Assembly: GCA_964016885.1 (NCBI GenBank)
Contig: OZ024751.1
Coordinates: 11,284,001 to 11,348,000 of the forward strand
Source of the DNA: Eledone cirrhosa
Lineage: Eukaryota
Direction: 5' to 3'
DNA: 64,000 nucleotides
In this document: piece by piece, positions 43,516-57,019 of the stretch
Layout of the letters: each line of letters starts with the position of its first letter
How positions within the stretch are numbered: position 1 is the stretch's first letter
Position numbers and translations under genes: made by a program
Notes under the pieces: generated by a model
Told to the model about the DNA's origin: nothing
The model's database searches: none
Seen by the model: only the letters and a program-made list of their open reading frames with translations

Positions 43516-43877
43516 ATATATTTATATATATATATACATAAGTATTTTAACGTCAAGTTACTGCTGGCAGTTTCCAGTATCTACTTTGGGGTTGTACTAA
43601 GCAGATTATTAATAAGTATGGCTGAGGTGTCAGCCATTATGTTTCATTACGTTAATTCAGGTGTGACGTGCGTTTCGCGTTTGATCAGCTCAACTTTCGA
43701 TCTCTATCGATCAGAACAGACTGGGGCATCAAAAGCTCATGAGATAACTGTTAACATATTCAATAAGTTATGAGACGTGAAAATATGAGTACATGATTTT
43801 AGGAAACCCTGTATGTATGTATATTTGTATGTAAGTATGTACGTACTTACGTATGTATGATTGTATGTATATATGTT

Positions 43878-44400
43878 TGTATGTTATGTCAGGGCGCTCT
43901 CGAGTGCTACTGGTAACATGTAACCCAGTACAACCTGCCTCATGGTCGGGTTGTCGGCGACTAATCCGACAACCCCACCAAGCTCGCTTGCTTGGTGAAG
44001 AGGGTGATATTTGGACACCCTGCGGGATGAAATACAAGACCCGGCAAAAGGCGGAGGAACTCGACAGAGTCAACGGCCATCCAAATAGAACTTTTTTTTT
44101 TACCTGGGCGTGAAAAGACCCCAGTTGTCACAAAACCTTTCTAAGAGAGGGAAACTGAAAAAAAAAAACAAAAAAAAACTGCGGCTTCGAAAGCATCCGA
44201 TGATGTTCACCAGGTCTCCTTTTCGGGTAGTGTTTTCGATGCTCAGAGAGTGGGATTGGTCGAATGCAAGGCCTTTCACCACTTAAACAACCTACAAAGC
44301 ACTGACATTGCTTTTTCAGGATCTGTTACAGGTTTGTGTGGCTGGCCGTAGCCTAAAAGTGCACCATTTTCTGTAATCTGACATGCGATTACAATACTCT
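43878..44400 (+). mobile_element. RTE-like non-autonomous element followed by (TATG)n
   Basis: Homologous to the reverse complement of 41900-42240 and 5270-5745. Confidence 0.65.
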
Positions 44401-44463
44401 TAGCAGAGTTTGTAGCCATCGTGTATGTATGTATGTATGTATGTATGTATGTATGTATGTATG

Positions 44464-44494
<31 letters not shown>

Positions 44495-44949
44495 GACTAT
44501 ATGTTTGCATGAATGTAAACATGTCTTAATGGGCGTATTTCATTTTAATTCGAATGTAGAATATAGTACTTCTCCCACACATACACATCACCCACAAGAA
44601 AATGCGAGACTGTAAAGATAATGAACCCCCGAAAAAGAGAAGCCCCTCCATGCTCAAACACATTTACACACACACATTTCCTTATGCACATACAAATATG
44701 CAAACATGCAAACCTGCACGTGTCATTCAATGAGACAGAACCGAGCGACATTTTGTCAGTATTTGGGTAATAGATGACAGGCAATAATCAGAAGATTGGA
44801 AGTAGGGGCCGTGGTGTATATGTAATGGTTGGGGTGTGTCTTATAGTGAGATGTCGCTATGGAATGGAGATTGATGCAGGGCTCATTCAGCTGAACCATG
44901 AGATTTGGTCACCATCCAGACCCACACTCTCCAATCCCGTCTCCTGTTC

Positions 44950-45151
44950 CGTCACTACCACCATCACCATCACCACCACCACTACCACCACCACCACTAC
45001 CACCAGCGACAATAACAACAACAGGAACAACGAGAAGAATTAAAGCATCATCAGCATCATCACTACAACCAACATCACCACCACCTGCAACGCTACCACT
45101 ATAACCACTATCACCACCTCCACCACCATCACTACCTCCACTGCCACCACC

Positions 45152-45183
<32 letters not shown>

Positions 45184-45319
45184 CAACAACAGCGAGAAGA
45201 ATAAAAACATTATCAGCATCATAACTACAACCAACATCACCACCACCTGCAACGCTACCACTATAACCACTATCACCACCTCCACCACCACCACTACCCC
45301 CCCCCCCCATATCACCACC

Positions 45320-45351
<32 letters not shown>

Positions 45352-45496
45352 CAGCAGCAACAACGAGAAGAATAAAAACATCATCTGCATCATCACTACA
45401 ACCAACATCACCACCACCTCCAACGCTACCACTATAACCACTATCACCACCTCCACCACCACCACTACCTCCACCACCACCACCACCGCCACCACC

Positions 45497-45528
<32 letters not shown>

Positions 45529-45646
45529 CAACAACAGGAACAACGAGAAGAATAAAAACATTATCAGCATCATAACTACAACCAACATCACCACCACCTG
45601 CAACGCTACCACTATAACCACTATCACCACCACCACTACCTCCACC

Positions 45647-45678
<32 letters not shown>

Positions 45679-46060
45679 CAGCAACAACGAGAAGAAGAAA
45701 AACATCATCAGCACCATCACTACAAACAGCATCACCACCACCACCAGCAACACCACCAGCAACACCACCACCACCAACAACAGCAGCAACAAGAACAGCA
45801 ACAACAACAACAACAACAACAACAACAGCGATGATAACAACAACTCCATCAACAGCACCATCATCACCATCAGCATCACGCCTGCCACCAACAACAACGA
45901 TAACTACAACAAAAAATTGAATTAATAATATAATCTGAACAATAATAAAATCAACAACAACTGGAGGAACAAGAACAAAGGCAACAACAAAGACAAGAAC
46001 AAAGGCAACTATAATAACCCCCATAAAACTACCACCACCACCACCACCACCACCAACATC
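44950..46060. repeat. Compound CAC/CAA minisatellite with about five units of 145-180 bp
   Basis: cgagaagaa.aaa..cat.atc.gca recurs near 45031, 45193, 45365, 45545 and 45688. Confidence 0.9.
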
Positions 46061-46200
46061 AATAAGAGACTGCAGGTTTATCCGCCATTTTGTTTTATAA
46101 ACATGACCAATACAATGGCTGCTGATCTAAGACGAATGGAAATCCTATGGAAACCACATCAACCACAAACATTAGTGGAAATCACAGTTTTTTAATAGAT

Positions 46201-46254
<54 letters not shown>

Positions 46255-46387
46255 AAAACAGAAAGATGCAGTAAAAGAGATTTATTCGGTTCTTACGTAC
46301 GTTTCAATAGACATCTATTTGCCTAGATCTCGCTATATGTATATGTGTGTGTGTGTCTCTGTGTGTCTATATATATATATAAATATA

Positions 46388-46639
46388 TTGGAAAATGTGT
46401 GTAATCCTTGGTACAGTTAGGTATATTAAGATAGGGGGGAAGAAAAAATGGCTTCACTTGTGCTTTCAACAAATTTATTTTCTTCACAAAATCCAGAAAG
46501 AATTTTTCTTAAAAAAAATTATTTTATAAATTAATTTATGAAATAATTTTTTTTAAGAAAAATCCTTTTTGGATTTTGTGAAGAAAATAAATTTGTTGAA
46601 AGCACAAGTGAAGCCATTTTTTCTTCCCCCCTATCTTAA

Positions 46640-46644
<5 letters not shown>
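46388..46644. mobile_element. ~110-bp hairpin insertion between (TA)n with ~35-nt left tail
   Basis: IR 46422-46530/46535-46644; decayed gTGAAGA..GAAAG on the outward-reading strands. Confidence 0.65.
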
Positions 46645-46678
<34 letters not shown>

Positions 46679-46699
46679 GTATATGTGCGTGTGTGTCTC

Positions 46700-46780
<81 letters not shown>

Positions 46781-46849
46781 TATGAAGAGAGAAGAAACAT
46801 TTAGATATAATTAGTAATAAAATGTATCATACCTAAACTGTTCCTAAAT

Positions 46850-46937
46850 TCCTCGACTACGTAGTTTCGTGGCATAAACAAAAACAATATATCAAAGATA
46901 TAGAGTCCTTGCGAGGTCTGCCGACTTATCAAGAGGA
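46850..46937 (-). ncRNA. HHR variant with mutated core
   Basis: tcctc-TTGATAA-gt.ggca...tgccac-GAAAC-tacgta-GTC^gagga. Confidence 0.6.
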
Positions 46938-47111
46938 TACCTCATTTTACTAGTCTCAAGAACGCGTCTACACGACGTGAGAAAGAATCCCAAAAGGCGG
47001 AGGGGGAGATAGTCACGCGATATAACGGTCGAGAAACAGAGCTAAGCCTCTTATAACCACGAAAAAAATACCACGGAGGCGGAGGGGGTATTCATATCGA
47101 GGCCGTAGAAG

Positions 47112-47164
<53 letters not shown>

Positions 47165-47183
47165 GAGACGAACACACGCATAC

Positions 47184-47231
<48 letters not shown>

Positions 47232-47267
47232 GCGTGTGTGTATATGTATATATATATACATATATAG

Positions 47268-47780
47268 GAAAAAGTATGACCCCAACGGCAGAGCTCAAGC
47301 CGTTTCGACGGCTATTTCTGGACTGAAATAGTCAGTCCAGAAATAGCCGTCGAAACGGCTTGAGCTCTGCCGTCGGGGTCATGCTTTTTCTTATTTCCCA
47401 CTCTACTACCCTAATTATTGAGTACTCTGGTGCGTTATGGTCCATCTGGTTCTTTACCACAATTCCTTTGTTATATATACATATATATATATATATGTAT
47501 ATATGCATATTATATATACATACATACACACACGCGCTTGCACGCATATATATATATATATATATATAGGAAAAAGAATGACCCCGACGGCAGAGCTCAA
47601 GTCGTTTCGACGACTATTTCTGGACTAAATGTAGTAGAGTAAATGTTACTAAATGTAGTAGAGCGGGTAATAGGAAAAAAAATGACGACTATTTCTGGAC
47701 TAGTGTCCAGAAATAGTCGTAATTTTTTCCCCTATTACACACTCTACTACATTTAGTATTGAGTACTTTGGTGCGTTATA
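47268..47780. mobile_element. Two hairpin insertions of one family (47268-47472 and 47568-47780)
   Basis: Near-perfect IR 47268-47326/47332-47390, then an ~80-nt tail; homologous to 32395-32620. Confidence 0.75.
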
Positions 47781-47790
47781 TATATGTATG

Positions 47791-47860
<70 letters not shown>

Positions 47861-48000
47861 AGAAAACCTCACGAACAGGACACCTATACAACCATGCCCC
47901 CTTGGAATAGAATAAATAAATATATGAAATATATGGAGCAATATTTGAAGAAGAAACAGCGAAAACAGAGACGAAATATCATGCGAGGATAGAAGAAAAT

Positions 48001-48180
48001 AATTGTTTCTAATTTTGGCACAAGGCCAGCAATTACACAGTACATTACTGGTACTTTATTTTATCGATCCCTTAAGGATGAAAGGCAAAGTTAACCTCGG
48101 CGGGATTTGAACTCAGGCAGTAAAGGGGCGTAACTCTATGCCGTAAAGCATGGTGTCCAATCCTCTACCGATACTGCCAA
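48001..48180 (-). mobile_element. tRNA-derived SINE
   Basis: Full-length copy of the 6442 family. Confidence 0.9.
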
Positions 48181-48209
48181 GAAAATGATAATGATGATGG
48201 TGATGATGA

Positions 48210-48710
48210 TGATAGTGGTGGTGTAGTGGTGGTGTAGTAGTGGTGGTGGTGTATTAGTGGTGGTGTAGTGGTGGTGGTGTAGTAGTGGTGGTTGTGTAGT
48301 AGTGGTGGTGTAGTAGTGGTGGTGTAGTAGTGGTGTAGTAGTGGTGGTGGTGTAGTAGTGGTGGTGTAGTAGTGGTGTTGTAGGTGTGGTGTTGTAGTGG
48401 TGGTGTAGTAGTGGTGCTGGTGTAGTAGTGGTGGTGTAGTAGTGGTGTAGTAGTGGTGGTGTAGTAGATGTGGTGTAGAGTGGTGGTGTAGTACTGGTTT
48501 TGTAGTGGTTGTGGTGTAGTGGTGGTGTAGTGGTGGTGGTGTGGTAGTGGTGGTGTAGAGCGGCAGTGTTGTGATGGTGTAGTTGTGGTGTAGTGGTGTT
48601 GTTGTAGGAAGTGGCGCAGTTGTGAAGCTAGTGGTGTTGTTGTGGTGGTGTAGTTATGGTGTAGTGGTGCTGGTATTTATTTAATGGTGGTGTTGTTGTT
48701 GTAGTTGGTG
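48210..48710. repeat. (GTG/GTA) low-complexity repeat
   Basis: gtggtgtagta units. Confidence 0.9.
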
Positions 48711-48725
48711 ACATAGAGGTATTAT

Positions 48726-49502
48726 AATTGTTTCTACTTTTGGCACAAGGCCACCAATCACTCAGTATATTACTGGTACTTTATTTTATCGACCTCGTAA
48801 GGATGAAAGCCAAAGTTAACCTCGGCGGCATTTGAACTCAGAATGGAAAGAGCCGTAACTCTATGCGCCAAAGCATGGCGTCCGACGCTCTACCGATACT
48901 GCAAATCCATAATGGTTTCTTATGTATGCACAAGGCCAACAATGTTGGGGGAGGGGGAAGTCGATTAAATCGACCCCTGTGCGGGACTGGTACTATATTT
49001 TATCGACCCCGTAGGGATGAAAGGCAAAATTAACCTAGGCGGGATTTGAACTGAGACCATAAAGGGACGTAACTCTTTGCTGCAAAGCATGGCGTCCGAC
49101 CCTCTACCGATACTGCCAATCCACCGCTCCGCTCTGTTGTAGGTAATAATTGTTTCTACTTTTGGCACAAGGCCAGCAATTATCCAGTGTATTACTGGTA
49201 CTTTATTTTATCGACCCCGTAAGGATGAAAGGCAAAGTTAACCTAGGCGGGATTTGAACTCAGAATGGCAAGGGCCGTAACTCAATGCATCAAAGCATGG
49301 TGTCCGACCCACTACCGATACTGCCAATCCACTAGTGGCTAACACTTGTTTCTACTTTTGGCACAAGGCCATCAATTACCCAGTGCATTACTGGTACTTT
49401 ATTTCATCGACCCCGTAAGGATGAAAGGCAAAGTAAACCTCGGCGGGATTTGAACTCAAACCGTAAAGGGATGTAACTATGCTGGAAAGCATGGCGTCCG
49501 AC
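48726..49502 (-). mobile_element. Array of four head-to-tail SINEs
   Basis: Copies begin near 48726, 48911, 49148 and 49346. Confidence 0.9.
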
Positions 49503-50143
49503 AATGGTTTTTCTTACGATGTTGATAGTCTTAGTGGTTTGATTTCTGCAGTTAAAGTCGGTGGGGACTGTGATGACGGTGGTGAAAGCAATGGTGAGGC
49601 GTGGGAGGTGAAATTGGTCTTCAGTGAATTCTTTGTTCAGTATTGCCACGCATCAGTGACCAAGCTAGAGACGGTCTGACACAACACTGCACAAATCTAA
49701 CAACAAAAGCTAATACACCATCAGACACAACTACAAAATCAACAAAACCATTACCATCACTACCAACAACAACACCACCACCACCACCACCACCACCGTC
49801 ACCATCACAACCACCGCCGCCACCGACACCACCACCACAACCACAACCACAACCACAACGACAACCACCACCAACAGCATCAACAACAACGAAAGCAACA
49901 ACATCAGCACCATCAAAAATACAACCGCCGCCGCCGCCATCGACACCACCACCCACAACCACAACCACCATCGACAGCACCAACATCAACACCACCATCA
50001 CCATCAAAACCGCCACCGCCGTCACCACCGACGCCGCCACCAACACCACAACAAACAGCACCAGCACCAACAACAAAAACGAAAACTAAACATAAAACAA
50101 AATAAAAATAACGATAAAAAAAAACATGTAAATGAATGTGACC

Positions 50144-50175
<32 letters not shown>

Positions 50176-50184
50176 GCATGAAAA

Positions 50185-50355
50185 TAATTGTTTCTACTTT
50201 TGGCACAAGGCCAGCCATTAACCAGTGCATTACTGGTACTTTATTTATCGACCCCGTAAGGATGAAAGGCAAAGTCAACCTCGGCGGGATTTGAACTCAA
50301 ATCGTAAAGGGACGTAACTATGCTGGAAAGCATGGCGTCCGACCCTCTACCGATA
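50185..50355 (-). mobile_element. tRNA-derived SINE
   Basis: Same family as 6442. Confidence 0.9.
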
Positions 50356-50477
50356 ATTGTTTCGAGTTATGTCCGTCCGTCTCTCTGTGTGTCTGTGGGT
50401 AATAAAGATGGCGTCGATAGAGGAACATTTCTGATCACTGTAATTCAGTGAAGCATGTGAGTAGTGAGGAGGGTAGG

Positions 50478-51610
50478 ATGTGGTGGTGGTGTGGCGAGGG
50501 TAGGATGTGGTGGTGTGTTGTGGTGTAGTGTTGCATGGTGTGGTGTGGTGTGATAGTGTGGTGTGTTGTGGTGTGGTAGTGTAGTGTGGTGTGGTGTATC
50601 TTGTGGTGTGGCCTGGTCTGATGTGGTGTGGTAGTGTGGTGTGGTGTGTTGTGGTGTGGTAGTGTGGTGTAGTGTATGTTGTGGTCTGGTCTGGTGTGGT
50701 GTGGTGTGGTAGTGTGGTGTGTTGTGGTGTGGTAGTGTGGTGTGTTGTGGTGTGGTAGTGTGGTGTGTTGTGGTGTGGTAGCGTGGTGTGGTGTGGTGTG
50801 GTGTATGTTGTGGTCTGGTCTGGTGTGGTGTGGTGTGGTCTGTTCTGGTGTGTTGTGGTAGTGTGGTATTTTGTATTTTGTGGTGTGGTAGTGTAGTGTG
50901 GTGTATGTTGTGGTCTGGTCTGGTGTGGTGTGGTGTGGTCTGGTCTGGTGTGGTGTGGTGTAAGTTGTGGTGTGGTAGTGTAGTGTGGTGTGGTGTATGT
51001 TGTGGTCTGGTCTGGTGTGGTCTGGTCTGTTATGGTGTGGTGTGGTAGTGTGGTGTGGTGTATGTTGAGGTGTGGTCTGGTGTGGTCTGGTGTGGTGTGG
51101 TAGTGTGGTGTGGTGTATGTTGAGGTGTGGTCTGGTGTGGTGTGGTAGTGTGATGTGTTGTGGTGTGGTAGGGTGGTGTAGTTTGTATGTTGTGGTGTAT
51201 GTTGTGGTGTGGTGTGGTGTGGTAGTGTGGTGTGGTGTATGTTGTCGTGTGGTCTGGTCTGGTGTGGCAGTGTGGTGTGGTAGTGTGGTCTAGTGTGTTG
51301 TGGTGTAGTGTAGCATGGTGTGGTGTGGTGTGGTGTAGTTTTTATGTTGTGGTGTGGTCTGGTCTGGTGTGGTGTGGCAGTGTGGTGTGGTTTGGTGTGG
51401 TGTGGTTTGGTGTGGTGTGGTGTATGTTGTGGTGTTGTGGTGAAGTGTAATTTGTATATTAGAGCGTGGTGGAGTGGAGTGGTGGATGTTATAGTATGGT
51501 GTGGAGTGGTGAAGTGTGGTGTGGTATGTTATAGTGTAGTCAGATGTGGCGTGGTGTAGTGTAGTCTATATGTTATAGTTTGGTGTGGATTGGCATAGTG
51601 TAGTGTGGTA
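50478..51610. repeat. Degenerate (TGTGG)n pentanucleotide satellite
   Basis: 5-bp periodicity. Confidence 0.95.
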
Positions 51611-52798
51611 TGTTTGGTTGAGATGTATAGAACGGTTTGATATGGTTTGGTATGCTACAGTGTGGAGAGATGTATTGATAGCTGTACTATGATGAAGATT
51701 TTAGTGTACTCTGAATGATGTTTGCTGTGTGGTGTGGTATCGAAGGATGTTGGTGGGGAGGGCATCGTTGTGTGGTATTCAGTAATGGAGAGCTATGGAT
51801 TTGGGGTATGTTATTGCCTGGTTTGGTGGGGTGGTGTCGAAGAATGTTTGGGGTATTTTGTTGCGTGGTTTGATGTGTGTCGGGAGCTGTGTCGTCGTGT
51901 GGTCTTGACTAATGGTGGGCGATGTGTTTGAAGTATGATGTTGCTTGGTTTGGTGGGGTGGATAGCTGTGTATTGGAGTTGTGTCATGGCGTGGTCTTGA
52001 GTAATGGAAGCTATATTTTATGGATGTGCTGTTGCGTGGTTGGCGGTGTAGTGTCGAAGTATTTCGGGGTTGTGTCGTTGTGTGGTCTTGAGTAATTGGG
52101 AGCTACATGTTAGGAGTATGTTGTTACGTGGTCTGGTGGTATGGTGTCGAGGTATTTCGGGTCTGTGTCGTTGTGTGGTTTTGAGTAATTGGGAGCTACG
52201 TGTTAGGATTATGTTGTTACATGATCTGGTCGGGTGGGATGATTTGTGTTGGGGTTCTATTGTTGTGTCATACCGTGAGAATTCATTAATATGTTGGGGA
52301 TGTTATATTTTGGTAGAATTCAATTCTACCAGTAAAGAGATATTGACCAACGCAGGCCGAGAATTACTAAAGTAAGATGACCATGCCTGTCATGTTTTTA
52401 CAATGTGTAGTGTTTGACCACACAATTTATTCTGAGGCTACATCAACAACAGTGTCAGTATTTAGATAACGCCATCATACTTATGTGATCTTAAGATATA
52501 TCTGGATATCCCAATAGTATGGCTTCTACAGCGACCTATGTATTTATACAAGATACTAACAGGAATATATAGACACTACAGTTTACGCTCATTCAAACGC
52601 ATGCACACCAGTGCTCACAGAATATTACACGATACACATATACACAATAGCATCTACACTCACTCACAAATGCACTCTCAATCACACATACATGCAGGAA
52701 CATATAGTCACAAAACGCGGACGTAAACGCAAGAAGTCTCGTGTCCACACACATACGCACAGACACTCGCACACATGCACATATGCATATATGTATAT

Positions 52799-53345
<547 letters not shown>

Positions 53346-53639
53346 CCTCATCATCAACTCCACACAACGCCCTATGTTTCCCTCAAAAGATCAGCTCATA
53401 TTTGGCCTTACACCAGTGGCAGGCCACACCCTTTAACATATACCTCCAACCTATGCCTTCTCAACACCCGTCCCCACAAACCATATTGGAGAGGAGCTTC
53501 CCCAACGCAGCCCCCGCCCTCATACTAATATAAGGTTAGAAATCTAAAAAAGAGAGAAAAGCAAACAGCACCTTCCCTTTACAGCCACTTGCAGTGATAT
53601 TTAGCCAGTCACAACCGCCCCCATCGCCAGTATGCACCC

Positions 53640-54580
53640 ACCCCAACCAACACCACCACTATCACTAGCACCCACAATACCAACATCATCACCACCACCA
53701 CCGCCAGTATCAGTAACACCATCACCATCATCAGCATCACCATCCTATCAACAATACCACCATCACCGCCCTAACCACCACTACCACTAGCACCAACAAT
53801 ACCAAAATTATCACCATCACCACCATCACGATCACTACCACCATCAACACCATCACCATCACCACCACCATCCTATCTCTATCACTATCACCACCACTAT
53901 CACTAGCATCAACAATACCACCATCACCGCCCTAACCACCACTACCACTAGCACCAACAATAACAAAATTATCACCATCACCATCATCACGATCACTACC
54001 ACCATCAACACCATCACATCACCGCCCTAACCACCACTATCACTAGCACCAACAATACCAACATTACCACCATCACCACCATCACGATCACTACCACCAT
54101 CAACACCATCACCATCACCATCCTATCTCTATCACCATCACCACCACTATCACTAGCATCAACAATACCACCATCACCGCCCTAACCACCACTACCACTA
54201 GCACCAACAATACCAACATTACCACCATCACCATCACCACCACCATCCTATCACTATCACCATCACCACCACTATCACTAGCATCAACAATACCACCATC
54301 ACCGCCCTAACCACCACTACCACTAGCACCAACAATACCAACATTACCACCATCACCATCACCACCACCATCCTATCTCTATCACCATCACCACCACTAT
54401 CACTAACATCAACAATACCACCATCACCGCCCTAACCACCACTACCACTAGCAATACCAACATTACCACCATCACCACCATCACTATCACTACCACCATC
54501 ACCATCACCACCGCTATCACTAGCACCAACGCTACCACTACCACCATCACTACTGCCACCACCACTACCACCTCCACCAC
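53640..54580. repeat. CAC/CAT-rich minisatellite
   Basis: catcaccgccctaaccaccacta recurs six times at ~90-165 bp spacing. Confidence 0.9.
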
Positions 54581-54864
54581 AGTCCATACTGGTCCTTTTT
54601 CCTAGTTAACATCATTGCTACCCTTTAAACCCCTACACCACGCAAGCCCTCACGCTGCACATGGATGTTTTCTGTCCATTACATCCCCCATCACTCCCAC
54701 CACACATTCACAATCTCCCTCTCTCTCTTTCACTCTTTATTTCTTTATATCTGTCTCTCTCACATACACACATACACACTCATTCACACACAAACACTCA
54801 CACAGTAATGGGAACACCAGTACCCTATCATTCACATCTATTACATACATTCTACTCTTCATTG

Positions 54865-55190
54865 CTTGCTGGTTAAAGCGTTGTGCTGGCAATCATAAGA
54901 TTGTGAGTTGGATTCTCGGTCCGGGTGATGCGTTGTGTCCTTGAGCAAGACACTTTATTTCACGTTGCTCCAGTTTAGTCAGCTGTAAACATGAGTTGCG
55001 ACGTTACTGGTGCCGAGTATCATCGCCCTTTGCCTTTCCCTTGGACAACTTTGGTGTCGTTGAGAGGGGAGACTGGAATGTTTGGACAACTATTGTCTTC
55101 AATGAACAACCTCGGCCAGGCTTGTGCCTCGGAGGGGAAACTCGAAGGCCGAAATCCCGTGGTCATTCGTGACCAAAGGAGGGTTCTTAC
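54865..55190 (+). mobile_element. tRNA-derived SINE of a third family (CORE/Deu-like)
   Basis: tggttaaagcg, gagttggattc and gtgtccttgagcaagacactt motifs. Confidence 0.6.
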
Positions 55191-55482
55191 CACTTTTACA
55201 CTCCCTTCACGAACACCTCATCCGATATACACACCCTACACAATATATTATTGATACATATCACTAAAACCCTTCCCACACCATCAGCTAAACTCTGAGC
55301 TACAATGTGGAGTCTCAATCTGACAGAAATAGGAGTTAAATGTACCTCCCAAAGTAATACATAACAACATTAAACAAGGAAGAACTCACAAGAAAATAAC
55401 CTCATTGATATATTTTCCGAAGTTTAGCTAACATTGTAATGGCTGGCCGTATATTATTCTTATTATGATCCCAGGGGCAAGG

Positions 55483-55902
55483 GTAGTGGATTGGAAGAAT
55501 TGGTAGAGCGTCGGACACCCTGCTTCACGACATAGAATTACGCCGAGGTCAGCTTTGCCTTTAATCATTGCCAGGTCGATAAAAAAAAGTACCAGTGACA
55601 CACTGAGGTCGATTAAATCGACTTTCCTCTCCCCTAAAAATTGTTAGCCTTACACCTAAACTAGACACAATTATGGTCACAAGGGCAGTGGATTTGCAGT
55701 AATCAGTAGAGCGTCGGACAAAATTCTTCGAACTATTTTGTCACGGTCCTTTATGTTCTGTGTTCAGATCCCGCCGAGGTTAGTTTTACTTTTCTTCCTT
55801 GCGGTGTCGATAAAATAAAGTACCAGTAACGCACTTGGGTCGATTTAATCGATTTTCCTCTCACCCCCAGATTGTTGGCCTTGTGCCTAAATTAGAAACC
55901 AT
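55483..55902 (+). mobile_element. Two older tandem SINE copies
   Basis: Diverged 6442 family retaining the gtcgatt.aatcga insert. Confidence 0.8.
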
Positions 55903-55959
55903 TATGTTCAGAGCTGCAGGCTGACCTAGGGTTAAATAATAACACAAGCACCACCATCA

Positions 55960-56520
55960 CCATGATCATGGTGATGATGACTGAAGTTTTGGTTGTAGTG
56001 ATGTTGTTGAATGATTGGGATGGTGATGGTGATTATGATGATTATAATGGTGATGGTGATGATGATGATAATGCTGATGATGATGGTGATGATGATGACA
56101 ATGCTGATGATGATGGTGATGATGATGACAATGCTGATGATGATGGTGATGATGGTGGTGATGATGGTGATGATGATGACAATGCTGATGATGATGGCAA
56201 TGGTGATGAAGTTGGTGAAGATGGTGATGATGATGGCGGTGATGGTGGTGATGATGATGATGGTAATGATGATGGTGATGATGGTAATGGTGATGGTGAT
56301 GATGGTGATGATGGTGATGATGATGGTGATGATGGTAATGGTGATGGTGATGATGGTGATGATGGTGATGATGATGGTGATGGTGATGATGATGGTAATG
56401 GTGATGGTGATGATGGTGATAATGATGGTGATGGTGATGGTGATGGTGATGATGATGGTAATGGTGATGGTGATGATGGTGATGGTGATGGTGATGATGG
56501 TGATGGTGATGGTGATGGTG
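55960..56520. repeat. (GAT/GGT)n repeat
   Basis: Direct inspection. Confidence 0.95.
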
Positions 56521-56965
56521 AGGTGGTGGGGGGGAGGTATATACTGGTGGGGTGTTGTGTGGTGGTGGGGGATAGGTGTATATTGGTGGGGTGTTGTGAG
56601 GTGGTGGGGAGAGGTGTATACTGGTGGAGTGTTGGGAGGTGGTGGGGGAGAGGTATATACTGGTGGAGTGTTGGGAGGTGGTGGGGGAGAGGTATATACT
56701 GGTGGGGTGATGTGAGGTGGTGGGGGAGAGGTGTATATTGGTGGAGTGTTGGGAGGTGGTGGGGGAGAGGTGTATACAGGTGGGGTGATGTGAGGCGGTG
56801 GGGGAGAGGTATATACTGGTGGGGTGTTGTGAGGTGGTGGTGAGAGGTGTATACTGGTGGAGTGTTGGGAGGTGGTGGGGGAGAGGTGTATACTGGTGGG
56901 GTGATGTGAGGCGGTGGGGGAGAAGTGTATATTGGTGGGGTGTTGGGAGACTAGAGGTGGTGGGG
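56520..56965. repeat. 39-bp G-rich minisatellite
   Basis: gaggtggtgggggagaggtgtatactggtggagtgttgg, about 11 copies. Confidence 0.9.
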
Positions 56966-57019
56966 AGAGTAGTGTTGGTGGTGTGAGGTTAATTTAGTAG
57001 AGGGGATGTGTTGGTGGTG

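Noticed and set aside
44909-46024. 371-aa Gly/Val-rich ORF, and similar ones at 6972, 49643, 55962 and 61535
   Set aside because: Trinucleotide low-complexity repeats with overlapping open frames and no domain evidence.
48726-49502. CRISPR-like repeat array
   Set aside because: Units are ~190-bp SINEs without unique spacers; eukaryotic context and no cas genes.
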